Origin: Lama guanicoe | Taxonomy: Eukaryota | NCBI GenBank assembly: GCA_013239625.1 | Contig: MU054323.1 | Coordinates: 13,625,950 to 13,689,949, forward strand | Length of the DNA stretch: 64,000 nucleotides | Reading direction: 5' to 3' | In this document: in pieces, positions 48,490 to 61,522 of the stretch | Position numbering within the stretch: the stretch's first letter is position 1 | Layout of the letters: the number at the start of each line of letters is the position of its first letter | The notes under the pieces: generated by a model | Told to the model about the DNA's origin: nothing | Database searches by the model: none | What the model saw: the letters and a program-made list of their open reading frames with translations, nothing else | Translations under genes and position numbers: made by a program

Positions 48490-51400
48490 TTGTAGAGTGG
48501 ATCAGTAGGGAATATTGACAAAAGGAAGAGGTTGGGGTATGGATAGAATATGGTCTGTCTTGGTATATGTTCCTTGAAAATAATGTGTATTCAGTTTTTG
48601 GTAGGTGGAATGGTTTATCACTTGTTGGCTGCTGTATTTGAGTTCTGTATCCTTACTGGATATAGTTCTATCAATTTGTGAGAGATGGGTGTGAAAGTCC
48701 AAAACTATAAATGTGGACTTGTCAGTTTCTCCTTTCACTTTACCAGTTTTGCTGCATATATTTTGCAGCTGTTTGGTTGGGTGCATACATATTGAAGACT
48801 GCTGTGTTTTCTTGGAGTATTGACCCATTTATCATTACATGATAATGTCCCTCTCTCTCTCTGGTAATTTTCTTTGTTTTGAAGTCTACGTTGTCTGGTA
48901 TTAATACAGCCATTTTTGCTTTCTTTTGATTAATGTTTGCATATTGTATTTTCCATACTTTTATTTTCAACCTGTCTTGATCATTATAGTTGATGTGAAT
49001 TTTTTATAGACAGTATATAAGTGGGTCATATTTTTAAATCCACTTTTCCAGTCTCTTTTAATTGGTGTATTTTTATAATTTACATTAAATGTAATTATTC
49101 ATATGTTATAGATGAAGTCTGCTGCTTTTTTTTTAATTTTGGTTTGTTCTGTTTTTTATTTCTGTTTTCTTTTTCTTGCATTCCTGTGATTTACTTGAAC
49201 ATTTTTTTAGAATTACATTTTTTTTTTAAATTGTAGTTCAGTCAGTTTATAATGTGTCAATTTCTGGTATACAGCATAATGTTTCAGTCATACATATACA
49301 TACATTTGTTTTCATTTTTTTCTAAATAGAATACTACAAGATATTGAATATAGTTCCCTGTGCTATACAGAAGAAGCTTGTTGTTTACGTATTTTATGTA
49401 TGGTAGTATCTGCAAATTACGAACTCCCAATTTATCCTTTCCCACACTCTATCCCCTGCTAGTAACCGTGAGTTTATTTTCTATGTCTGTGAGTCTGTTT
49501 CTGATTTGTAAATAGGGTCATTTGTCTTTTTTTTATATTCCATATATGAGTGATATCATATGGTATTTTTCTTTCTCTTTCTGGCTTATTTCACTTAGAG
49601 TGACAATCTCCAGGTCCATGTATGTTGCTGCAAATGGCATTATTTTATTCTTTTTAATGGCTAAGTAGTAGTCTGTCATATTAATATACCATAGTTTCTT
49701 TATCCAGTCATCTGTTGATGGACATTTAGGTTGTTTCCATCTCTTTGCTATTGTAAATAGTGCTGCTGTGAACATTGAGGCACAATGTATCTTTTTGAAC
49801 TAGAGTTCCCTCTGGATATATGCCCAGGAGTGGAATTACTGAATCAAATGGTAAGTCTATTTTTAGTATTTTGAAAAATCTCAATACTCTTTTCCATAAT
49901 GGCTACACCAAACTACATTCTCACCGAAAGTGAAGGAGGATTCCCTTTTCTCCAAACCTTCTCCAGCATTATCATTTGTGGACTTTTTAATGATGGCCAT
50001 TCTGACTGATGTGAGGTGATTCTTCATTGTAGTTTTGATTTCTATTTCTCTGATAATTAGTGATATTGAGCTTTTTTTTTTAATGTGCTTGTTGGCCATT
50101 TGTATGTCTTCATTAGAGAATTGCTTATTTAGGTCTTCTGCCTATTTTTGGATTGGGTTCTTTGTTTTTTTTCTTGTTAAGTTGTATGAGCTGTTTATGC
50201 ATTCTGGAAACTAAGCCCTTGTCAGTTTCATCTTTTGTAAATACTTTCTCCCATTCTGTAGGTTGTTGTTTTGTTTTGCTTGTGGTTTCCTTCACTGTGC
50301 AAAAGCTTATAAGTTTAATTAGGTCCTATTTGTTTATTCTTGCTTTTATTTCTATTGCCTGGGTAGACTGCCCTAGGAAAATATTGTTCAGATTTATGTC
50401 AAGATGATGTTTTGCCTATGTTTTTTTCTAGGAGGTTATAGTGTCTTTGTCTTATGTTTAATTCTTTAAGCCATTTTGAGTTTATTTTTGTGTATGGTGT
50501 AAATCTGTGGGTTTAGTTTTGGGTGCTCTATTCTATTCCATTGATCCATATGTCTTTTTTTGTGCCAGTACCATGCAGTTTTGATTACTGTAGCTCTGTA
50601 GTATTGTCTAAAGTCTGGAAGGGTTATTTCTCCACTGTGTTCTTTTTCTTCTGTATTGCTTTTGCAATTCTTGGTCTTCTGTGATTTCATGTAAATTTCA
50701 AGATTATTTGTTCTAGTTCTGTTAAAAATGTCATGGGTAGTTTCATAGGAATTGCGTTATATGTGTAGGTTGCTTTGGGTAGTATGGCTGTTTTAATGAT
50801 ATTAATTTTTCCACCCCAAGAGCAAGGGTTATTTTTCCACTTCTTTAAGTCATCTTTAATTTCCTTAATCAATATTTTGTAGTTCTCCATGTATAAGTCT
50901 TTTACCTCCCTGGTTAGATTTATTCCTAAGTATTTTATTTTTTTGGATGTAATTTTAAAAGGGATTGCTTGTTTACTTTCCTTTTCTGATATTTCATTGT
51001 TAATGTAAAGAAATGCAACTGATTTCTGTATGTTAATCTTGTATCCTGCTGCCTTGCTGTATTCTCTTATCAGCTCTAGTAGTTTTTATGTGGAGCCTTT
51101 AGGGTTTTTGCATATAGTATCATGTCATCTACATATAGTGACAGTTTTGCCTCTTCTCTTCCAATTTGGATCCCTTTTATTTCTTTTTCTTGTCTGATTG
51201 CTATGGTTAGCACTTCCAGTACTATGTTGAATAGAGGTGGTGAGAGTGGGCATCGTTGTCTTGGTCCAGATTTTAGCAGGAAGGATTTCAATTTTTCACT
51301 GTTAAATATTATGCTGGCTGTGGGTTTGTCATAAATAGCTATTATTATGTTGAGGTATGTTCCCTCTATATCCACTTTGGTAAGAGTTATTACCATAAAT

Positions 51401-54170
51401 GGGTGTTGAATTTTATCAGATGCCTCTTCTGCATCTATTGAGATAATCAAGTGATTTTTGTTCTTTCTAATGTTGATGTGGTGTATTACATTGATTGATT
51501 TGCATATGTTGAACCATCCTTGTGTCCCTGAGATGAATCCAACTTGATCATAGTGTATGATCTTTTTTATGTGCTGTTGGATTCTGTTAGCTAATACTTG
51601 TTGAAGATTTTGACATCTATGTTCATCAGTGATATTGGCCTTTAATATTCTTTTTTGATAGTGTCTTTGTCTGATTTTGGTGTCAGGGTATGGTGGCTTC
51701 ATTGAATGAGTTTGGGAGTATTCCCTCCTCTTCATTCTTTTGAAAAATTTTGAGAAGAATGGATATGAGTTCTTTGTATGTTTGGTAGAATTCCCCAGTC
51801 AAGCCATCTGGTCCTGGACTTGTGTTTCCAGGGAGGTTTTTTATATCTGATTCTATTTCACTTTTAGTGATTAGTCTGTTCAAGTGATCTGTTTCTTCTT
51901 GATTCAGTTTTAGTGGAATATATGTTTCTAGAAACTTGTCCATTTCTTCTAAATTGTCCAGTTTGTTGCCATGTGGTTATTCATAGTAGAATTACATCTT
52001 GGCTTATCTATAAATCAAGTGTTTTGTGTGTATATCTTTGTATAGCTTTTTTTAGTAGTTACTGTAGGTGTTACTTTATATGTACAAAATTTATTACAGA
52101 TTACTGGTTTAAACATTTTGTCAGATTGAGTGAAGCCTAAACACCTTAGTTCGCTTTATGCGCCTATGCTTTCCCCAATTAATGATACAATTGTCTGAAA
52201 TAGTTCTTCTACATAAATTCAGAACCACATCAATGTTATAATATTTTCCTCACTCATCATACATAATTTAGAAAACTCAGGAGCAGGGAATTCTGTTGCT
52301 TTAATTATATTTTGGCTTAGCATGTTCTGTCTTCTTACATGATGTTCAAGTTTCCTTCTTCAGTTCCTTCGTACTTGGAGAACTGTAAACATTCTTTTAT
52401 AGTTGACCTGCTTCTAACACGTTCTCTTAGTTTTTCTTCATTTAAGAATGCCTCCTTTCCTCATCATTCCTAAAATATATTTTTGTTGGATTTAAGATTC
52501 TGGGTTGGTAGTTCTTTTGTTTTTTAAGTGGTTGAAAACTGTCTTTCCTTCCAGTTTTCGTGATGAGATACCTGCTCTCCTTTGAATTGTTTTCTCATCA
52601 TAGGTAAGATGTTATTTCTCTCTCACTGTTTTTAAAACTTTTTTTTTTTTAACTTTTGGACCCTTGAGTATGATATGTCTTGGTGTGGATTTTTTTGGCT
52701 ATGTTCTGTTTGTGGGGCACTGAACTCTTCTTGAATATGTAGGTTTATATCCTGTGTGAAATTAGGGAAGTTTTTGAATACTTTTCAGTTCCAGACTCTA
52801 TCTGCCTCCTTCTGTTGACAAAAATATTAGATTTTATTTTAGTCCCAGAGTTCTCTGAGCCTCTGCTCATTTATTTTGTTTAGCCTGTATTTTCTCTGTT
52901 GTTCAGATTGGGTAATTTCTATTGTCTGACTTTGTTTGCTGATTCTTTCCTCTGTCCTCTCTATTCTCCTGTTTAGCCCATTCATTGAGTTTTTTATTTT
53001 GCTTATTGATTTTTTTTTGTGTAAAATTTTTAATTTGTTTCTCTTTTATAGTTCCTCTTCCTTTGTTGAGTTTTTTTTCATTTTTTTCAAATGTGTTTTG
53101 TAATTGCTTGTTGAGACATTTTTAAGATGGCTGCTTTAACATCTTTGTCAGATAAATTTAACTCTGTCATTTTGGGATTGGCATCTGTTGATTAAAGTTT
53201 TAAATTGTTTCACATGATGTATAATTTTTTATTGAAACCTAGATATTTTGGGTAATATAAGATTCTGGATTCTATTTAAGCCTTTTGTTTTAGCTGACTT
53301 CTCTGACACTGCTTGGGCAGAAAATTGGGGGACACCATCCCATTACTGCCAGGTGTGGGTAGAAGTTCAGCTTCTTCATTCAACCTCTGTTGACAGCTGA
53401 GATGGGAGGACTCATTATTGCTGGATAGGGATGTGAGTTCCAGCTCCTCTTAGGTCTCTACTGTTATCTCCTTGGCTTGGAGGAGGAGGGGCATCTTGTT
53501 ACTGCTCCCCACATGACCTCCACCGATTCCATAGGGCTTGGGAATGTGGCCTCATTACAACGGGGCAGTGGTAAAAGTCTCGACTCTCCACTAGGACCAA
53601 TCTGGTACTATCCTACTGGGGAAGGCAAGGGATGCCTTACTGCTGTCAGGAAGTGGTGGAGGTCCAGGCTCCCCTGATACCACAGGAGAGTACAAGTTAC
53701 CACCTGGTGGGGATGAAAGTCCCACTTCCCTTCCTGACCTTTTTTGACACCACCCTGGCAGGAGTATTGTGTATTGGCTTTGTTGCTTCCTTTCAAGGGC
53801 AGAAGTCTAAAACCCCACTTGGCCTTTGCTGGCAAGAGTGGAGGTGGAACCACAGTTTTTTGAGCAGTTATTGTCTAAAAGTTTTGTCTTACTTTGCTGC
53901 CTCTTTCCTGGTCCTTTGGCTAGAGAGAACAGATTATTTTGGGGGCTATTTTTTGTGACCATTGACATTTCTGGGTTTCTAGCTTCTCAGTACCCAGTCT
54001 GGGATATATGTGGCAAAAAGAAAACTCAAGATTCTCACCACCAAGTTGTTCCTCCGATCATAGGAGCTGCCTGCTTCTCTCCATATTTCAAAGTCTTAAT
54101 GTTTGTTTTAAAATGTCCAGAATTTCTAGTTGTACTTAATGGGAGGAATAGGAAATGTGTGTCTACATGG
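48490..54170 (-). mobile_element. Ancient L1 5' portion (5'UTR, ORF1 remnant, long spacer, ORF2 EN start), interrupted by a younger L1
   Basis: ORF 48740-48970 KVWKIQYANINQKKAKMAVLIPDNVDFKTKKITRE is ORF2-EN-like; ORF1-like remnants ~52400-53200; boundaries approximate. Confidence 0.7.
49219..51986 (-). mobile_element. 5'-truncated L1 (~2.8 kb), intermediate age
   Basis: TSD TAGAATTACAT at 49208-49218 and 51987-51997; complete 3'UTR; ORF2 fragments with YVDD, frameshifts and a ~125-bp internal deletion at ~50502. Confidence 0.93.
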
Positions 54171-55220
54171 TCTTTCTGTGGATCATTGAATTTGCAAACT
54201 ACAAGGAACTTAAAAGATGTTTAACATTGTACCTGTAGTCAACAGTGCTGTATTGTACACTTAGAGTCGATCTCATGTTTAGTGTTCCTACCACACATAA
54301 AAAAGATATTTAAGTCCAATCCATATGTTCTAGATGGAGTTCTGAACATTGTGTTCATAAGACTACCTAGTTAGTTCTTGGAAGAAAACTAAACTAAAAA
54401 AGCAGTGTCCTAATTCTCAATCTGTTGTTTTTCATGTTGCACTATATTATATCATGACTAGCTACTGAAAAATTATTTTTGAAATATGAAAGAGAACCAC
54501 ATCAAGAAAATTTTGCCTGTTGCCCCCCACCAAAAGAACCCAGCAAAAAGTGTTTGAAGTAGCAACGAAATAAGGAAAGGAGAACAAGCTAATATCAATC
54601 TAAAAAGTGATCTCAAAAGAAAGATTGTGAATACTCTGGAGCAGCAGGGTATAGCTCATAAACTAGATCCTATGCTCCTTAGGTTAAACCAGTATGCTAA
54701 AACAAAACAAAACAAACAAACCCAACATTGAGAATTTTTCCTAACACAATGTTCTCTATTATGACATATTTTAGAAATATACATTTGTTAACGCAGAGTG
54801 AAAATTTTGGGGGTTCATGTGTGATTTTTCCCCCCAACATATTAGTATTTCAAAGTGATCAGGGGCCGACATTCTCACAATTACAGAGAAAGCCTAGGTA
54901 ATACATAAAAACTCTAAGAAAAAAGTTTTAAATTTTGTGTTTCTTCTTTGAGTGCCAATCATAGCTAGTTTAGTTTTCAGGAACTGGTACACTTCCTAAA
55001 ACACTAAGCCCTTTGTTAAATCTGTGAGTGCAGATGAAGAAATTATAAGTATATCACCTTCTGTGTTAAAACTGACTGTTGAAAAACGCTATACACTGGA
55101 TCAGATTTTTAATTTTGAGGAAATTGATCTCTTAAGGACCCAAATCTCAAAGGCAAAGAGAAATTTCCAAGATTTAAGTAGTAACTATGATGTTGCATGA
55201 AATGGTTTTAAACCAGAAAC

Positions 55221-55805
55221 TGAAGGGTCTAAGATTTTATCCTATTTGCAAACTAACAAGTTAGCCTGCCACAGGATGTCTGTCTGTCTGTCTATCTATT
55301 TTGTATGTGTGTGTGTATAGTATATATATGTATATGCATATGTGTATACATTCACACAAACAGACACAGATGAACACAAGACCCTTGGGTCAGAGATGTA
55401 GATGGTTTATTACAGCAGAAATAGCCAAGCAACATCTTGCATCAGTTCCCCACAACCCAGTTCCCCACAGGGAGATGCAAATGAAGGCCAGATTCTGCCT
55501 GCACATACGGTGGGTTTTCATTACAGGAAACAAATCCTAAATTTTGGAAACTTTATCAGGGTTGCTGATGACCTGTCCATCCTCTTCACTAGAGAGCTAT
55601 TACTCATATCCCTGGAACATATGCTAATATTCTCAGGGAAGAGAAGGGGGACTTTCTGTTCTGGAATGTCTTTGGGGAAGGAGATACTGTCTATCCTAGA
55701 TTTGCTATCATATCGTCCCTGAGCAAACCTTGTCAGTGCCCTTTACTTGGAAAGCCTACACTGTGTAAGAAAATAAGGAATCCTGGGAGAATTTTCTGGC
55801 AGCAG
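55221..55805 (-). mobile_element. ERV-class solo LTR containing a microsatellite expansion
   Basis: TG...CA ends; tgaagggtctaagattttatcctatttgcaaactaacaagttagcctgccacag; minus-strand AATAAA near 55406; family not assigned. Confidence 0.6.
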
Positions 55806-55863
55806 ATGCCAGTGGATATTTAACTCTGGTTAGTATTTCTATTAGATTGATATTGATATTAAT

Positions 55864-55978
55864 GGGGTAGGATATTGCTCAAGTGCTAGAGCACATCCTT
55901 AGCATGCATGAGGTCCTGGGTTCAATCCCCAGTACCTCCTCTAAAATAAATAAACCCAACCCCCCACCAAAAAAAAAA
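55864..55978 (+). mobile_element. tRNA-derived SINE (camelid vic-1-like)
   Basis: GGGGTAGGATATTGCTCAAGTGCTAGAG (A box)...GGGTTCAATCCCCAG (B box), AAATAAATAAA-C-rich-A10 tail; same family as 9546-9679. Confidence 0.88.
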
Positions 55979-57281
55979 TTCATGGTCATATCTAATTTTA
56001 TACCATGACTTTGTATTATTTTCCTTAAAAAAAATCCCTCAAATTGTATACAATTTAAGTCCTGTAAAACTCAGATGTACCCTTAATTGTATGTGATGGG
56101 CTATCTTACGTCCCTCAATCCCTTTTTCCAAATCAATGGCGTGAACACTTTCAGAAAAGAGAATGGAGCTCATGTATTCTTCAAGAGACTGTTCATAGCA
56201 TCAGATGAGTTCTCTCTTTTCTTTTACTTGTCCCACTACCTGCCGGCTCTGACTCAGTCTATGTTTGAGCATGAGATATCTAGCTCTCAAACTATAGCTG
56301 AGGGAAGAAAACAAACAGTAACTCACACTGTATCAGAGAAATATTATTGGGACAAAGAAGCACAGGTTGAGTAAGAATAGTATGAGAAGAAATGACAGTG
56401 CAACTATGAAAACAAATTTCAGCAACAATAAAAGTAAGCATGAACAAAAATAGGAAAAATTCAGTCTGGGAGATACTGTGACCCAGAATGAAAGAAAAGT
56501 CCTCATAAGTACCTGTGTTATTTAGCAACTTAACAGGAATGATAGTCATATGTAATACCTTAGGGTAGAGATGATAGATAACATAATGAGGATTTTGTGG
56601 AGCAAATAAGACAAATTGAGGACCAAGTCAACACATCACAGAGCCAAAAAAGTGATTAGAAACATCAGGGCACAGACTAGCATAGGTGAAAATAAAAATA
56701 CTGATATAGAGAAAAGGCTTGAGATAACCACAATGAATGTGGATTAGAATGAGATATTTAAGCAATTAAATATAAAATGATAGACAAAAACAGTCCAATG
56801 CAAAGATGATTGATGATCCTGTAATACATAGTCCAACAGATGAAACTGAAAATGTATTCAGAGATTGATATAATAGAAGAAAGGTCCATGAACTAAAGAA
56901 AGAACTGAATGGATAAATTGAAAAAGGCTATTGTATCCTTTTGGGGGAATAAAAAAAGCAATTGACATCTAGACATAGCCTGGTTAGGTTGAACTTCAGA
57001 GCTAAAGAGAGAATTCTTAAGGTATCAAATTAAGGTAGAAAAGGAACATTACATACAAGAGAAAAATAACATGCTTCCTTCAGAGTTTTTTTTAGTATAA
57101 CAGTAAGGGCCATATTTAAAAACCAGTGGTCTAATAACATTCAGACAGGTTGTTTTCAAGTGGAAAGGAAACATTCATTCTCAATAGTGTATCAAATACT
57201 TAAGGCAATAAAACAGTCATGGGCCCTTTCCAGAAACAACAACTTGATGAGATTAAAGAAATAGAACAAAACAAAACCACC

Positions 57282-57806
57282 TGTGATAGGCAGAATAATT
57301 CCCCCCTCCCACCAAGATGTTCATGTCCTAATTCTCAGGACATGTGAGATATATGTGAATATATTACCTTATATGGCAAAAAGGACTTTGTACGTGCAGT
57401 TAAGTTAAGGATCTTAAGAGAGGGAGACTATCTTGGATTAACCTAGTGGTCCCAATGGATTAACCTGCTGGTCCCAACGTAATTATAAGTTTTCTTGTAA
57501 GTGAGAGAGAGGGAGAGATAGGAGGTTAAGAATCCAACAGATACTTGAAAGGTGCTACACTATTCGCTTTGAGGATGGAGGAACAGGCCATGAGCCAAGG
57601 AATGAAGAGAGCTTCTAGAACGTGTAACAAACAAGGAGACAGATTCTTTTGTAAAACCTTCAGAAGGAATGCAGGCCTGGAGACACCTTGACTTTAGCTC
57701 AGTGCAATCCACTTCTGAAGTACAGAACGTCAAGATAACAAATTTGTGTTGTTTTAAGCTCTACGTTTATGGTAATTTGTTACAGTAGCAATAGAAGGCT
57801 AATCTG
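57282..57806 (+). mobile_element. MLT1D-like solo LTR
   Basis: tgtgataggcagaataatt...aaatttgtgttgttttaagc...ttgttacagtagcaatag; 5-bp TSD CCACC (57277-57281, 57807-57811); internal 22-bp tandem duplication ggattaacct..ggtcccaa. Confidence 0.88.
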
Positions 57807-57989
57807 CCACCAAGCCAACTAATGAAATAAAGACAAAAAAAAGAAATCTCCCAGAATTTAGGATGGAGACAGAAATGGTAAAAGGATATAACAGTGAACA
57901 TTGAATGCTTTTGAATATGGAAGAAAGACTAACTCTAGGAATTATGGTTTTAGAATAGACAATAATTATATAGTCTATTGATGGATTAG

Positions 57990-58450
57990 TTGACATATTA
58001 GCTAGATTGCAGTTAGAATGCTATAATAAGGGATCTTAAAATTAATTGGCTTAAATAAAATGGAAATGTTACTTCATTCTCATAAAAGTCTGGGTAGATA
58101 ATCCAGGGTAGGTTCGGTGGCCAGGAGTATTGGGGTCCGAGGCTCCTTTGTTTTGTCATCATCAGCATGTGTCTGTCATCTCATATTCCCACATGGATGC
58201 TTTAGCAGCCACTATCCTGTCTGTGTTCCAGGCTGTAGAAAGGTGGAAAAGGGATCTAAGCGAGGCCAGGCTCCTTCTCTGTCATTTTCTCCAACATTTT
58301 CTTGCCCAGAATTTAGTCAAATGGCCACACCTACCTGCAAAGGAGGCAGGGAAATATAATCTTTAGCCAGGTTGTCTTATGCTTGGCTCAAACTTGTATT
58401 ATAATTGGAAAAGGGGAAAATGGTGACTGGGGAAGAAACAGCAGTTTTTA
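57990..58450 (-). mobile_element. Old MLT1 (J/K-like) LTR
   Basis: ggcttaaataaaatggaa...atttagtcaaatggccacacctacctgcaaaggaggcagggaaatataatctttag. Confidence 0.65.
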
Positions 58451-59589
58451 TCTCACTTGATGATATAAAAATAATGATGTAATATGATTGAAGGAGTGAG
58501 GAGAAAGAGACAAGGTGTTGTGATCTTCTTCCCCCTTCACATATTTATAGTAGGAAGTCAGTTCATTGGAAGCATCTAAAGTTGAAACACATTGAAATTA
58601 TTTCAATTTAAAGATTTTTAAAATCACTTTTTGACCTAAGATTTTTTTAAAAATATTTTTATAGTGGAGAAACATTTAATATTCAGGAATTACGTCAAGT
58701 TCATTTTTTCGGTTAAATAAAATTTAAATATTTTTTAAAGTTAAATTAGCACACATATTATGTTTCCATTTGGATGGAAGTCAATCGATTTTTTTATATG
58801 AATAGACAGACAACTAGAATAATGTTCACATAAGGTTAATTATGCCTATTTATGGATGGTAGGATTTTAGGTAGTTTTTTTCCTTTCTTTCTTAGACTTT
58901 TTGCACTACTTTAATTTTCATAATGAGCACACATCATTTTAAATAAAATAGTAACGTCTTTGTTCTTAACAAAGATACAGTCATTACTAATGTGAGGAGG
59001 AAGGGATTTAAATTTTTTTTTGAGAAGTATCATGGGATATCTTTAATTGGTGCAATAACACAAGCTTGAATTTCTAAAAATCTCTTCAACAGTCCTTCTT
59101 AATGTATTAATTATGTTTGCTATTTTACATATCTCCTTTGTTTTCCTGTCATGGTTAGTGGTAAACCCCTCAAACTCAAAAGTGAATATTTTTATATAGC
59201 AATAAAATGGAGATATTTTCATTTTAGAAATTTTTGCATAGGGAAGGATCTCCAAGAAGCAGAGGAGGCAGTGATAGCTGGGAAAGAAAATGACTCAGAC
59301 TGAAATCTGTAGATTGTGGAAATAAAGGGACAAACCAAACCCATGGATCCAGGCTGGATTGATGAGATAAAGTTCCAGACCTGTCAACCCTTTCGCCTTT
59401 AAGAGCTACAACCTCAATCTAGGGCTTCTGCTACTCTGAAAATGGTGTTTCCTATATACAACCTTATTTTCCTGGCCACTGGGTCATAGCTTATTCGATC
59501 AGAAGTGGGCATTTAATCTAGGGCAAATAGTATTTTGGTAGGCTGCTGACAACCTAGATAGTTTGGCTTGAAGATACGACATGTGCAAC

Positions 59590-60092
59590 TTCTGAGTTAC
59601 GCTCATATCACTGATCGGTTTCCCAAAAACAGACTCAGAGATGATCAGTGTGTAGGGAGATCTTTTAGGAGTGCTCTTGAAATCTGTATCTTAGGAAGGG
59701 GAGGGGAAAGTAGGAGAGGGGAGGCAGGAGAGGGGAAGGAAAGGAAGGAAGAAAGGAAGCAGAAGCCAGCAGAGGGAGCAGTTAAATGGTGATGCAGTTT
59801 CAGTGCAGGGCTCAGCAGATACTATAGGGAGTTGTCGACCTGGAATAACCCTTTAGAAATGTACTGAATCAGGACAAGAGGACTAGGCCTTTATCTTATC
59901 TATCATTAAGTCCCAGCTGCTCAGGAAAGAGACATTGCCTTGGATGAGGCAACTCTCTTCAACTGAGGCAATCTCTGTGGGGGACTGACAGCTGGAGGCT
60001 GTCTGTCAGCAGCATCTGCAGCGGTTAGGGGGAGAAATCCCTTTATTTTTGAAGGGAATCTGGGTGGCGTATCCCAGTGTTTGTCCACCACA
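59590..60092 (-). mobile_element. Old MLT1 (I-like) LTR
   Basis: tttcccaaaaacagactcagagatg...ggatgaggcaactctcttcaactgaggcaatc...tccaccaca terminus. Confidence 0.65.
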
Positions 60093-60829
60093 GTGCTTTT
60101 CACCTTTTTGCCAGCGGTCAGAATCTCTGATTTGGGTTTTAAATTAGGTAATCTAGTGTATATTATCATTGTCTGTGAAAGAGATTGAAAGTCATTGTGA
60201 AGAAGGGGCCAGCAAGACCATCATGAGGCATGTAGAAGTTAATGTCATAAAATAGAAGCTGTGAGCACACAGGGAAAAACTTGAAGCAGGCCAGAGAGCA
60301 CAGGAGGGTGTCACCAGCTGGAATTAGGATATATGAACTCCTGTGGCTGAGCCCTTAGAGACACCTCCAGCTCCAGTGTAGTTCCTGGTTTTCCATAGAT
60401 GAAATTGTCCTTATGGTTTCACATGTATTCTTTCTTCAGATAGTAGCCCAAAGATCTGAAATTCCATGGTGACCTGAGTTGTACATAATTCCATGTAGCT
60501 TGATTTACATAAATGTGAGGAACTCAGATAGGACCAAGATGTATAGGCCATCCTGTTTTGGGGTCTATTTATCCTTATCACCATTTCTATAATAACAGGG
60601 CCTCAAGTTATGCAGGATAATGAAAGGCATACATCTGCATTTGATGGTCTTTTGTCACATTGATCTTGTGCCACTTCTTTGTTCTTGCCCCGTGTCATTT
60701 ATTCCTATATTACATTGTATGCAGGAAATATTCCTCCACTAGAAATTTAGTTAATAAGTACCCTGAGACTATGTAGTTAATTAAATAAATGAGATGAAGC
60801 ATTATTTATTATTGACCTTCATAATAATG

Positions 60830-61065
60830 TCAATAATATAAACATTTATTGTGCACCTGTTACATGTCAGCAACTCTGCAAAGGACTTTACATACATTTT
60901 TTCAGTTAACATTTGAATATCATGTGATATGCAAGTTTTCCCCCCTTTTGCAGATGAGGAAACTAATGGTCAGGGGATTAAGCATTTTTCCAGAGGAAAC
61001 AAGGCAACTAAGTGATACAGCCAGGACTCAAACCAGGCAGCTTGCCTCTAGACTATGCATGTAAC
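60830..61065 (-). mobile_element. MIR
   Basis: aacatttattgtgcacc...cccttttgcagatgaggaaactaatggtcaggggattaag...gccaggactcaaaccaggcag. Confidence 0.75.
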
Positions 61066-61509
61066 TAAACACTGCTCTGCACCACAGATCTAAAGGATTG
61101 TAATCCTTATACCTGCAGTGCTGGGCTTTTGACACAGTAATGGAGTGGTGGTCTGGCGAGCTCTGTACTCCTCATACAGTGGTTGCTCTGTCTGACATTC
61201 AGCCTTTTGAGATTCCCTCTTCAGACTCCTCTTGCAGCTGGCCTCTTTGAAAGGGCAGAAATATCACAGGACTCCAGACACTAGACCTAATTCTCACCAA
61301 GGTATTATTGGATTGTTGAAACAGTTTAATTCTACATTTAAAATTGATAAAACATGCTCAAATACAATTTTGGGAGAATGGCAGTGGTTCTGAGCTCTAT
61401 TTCAACTCCTCACTGTCAGTTTTCTTTTCTTGCTTTAAGCAAGAACCTTCAGGTGGTGGCAGTACAGTAGTCTTTTTGTTGCCTTGAATGCTAAAGCTTA
61501 TGCTGGGTG

Positions 61510-61522
61510 GTTGCCTAGCAAC
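61510..61522. promoter_or_regulatory. RFX X-box motif GTTGCCTAGCAAC
   Basis: Match to the RFX palindromic consensus in apparently non-repeat DNA; function untested. Confidence 0.4.

Noticed and set aside
55864..55940. tRNA gene
   Set aside because: A/B boxes are present but the cloverleaf is degenerate, it has an A-rich tail and a second copy carries a TSD, so it is a SINE
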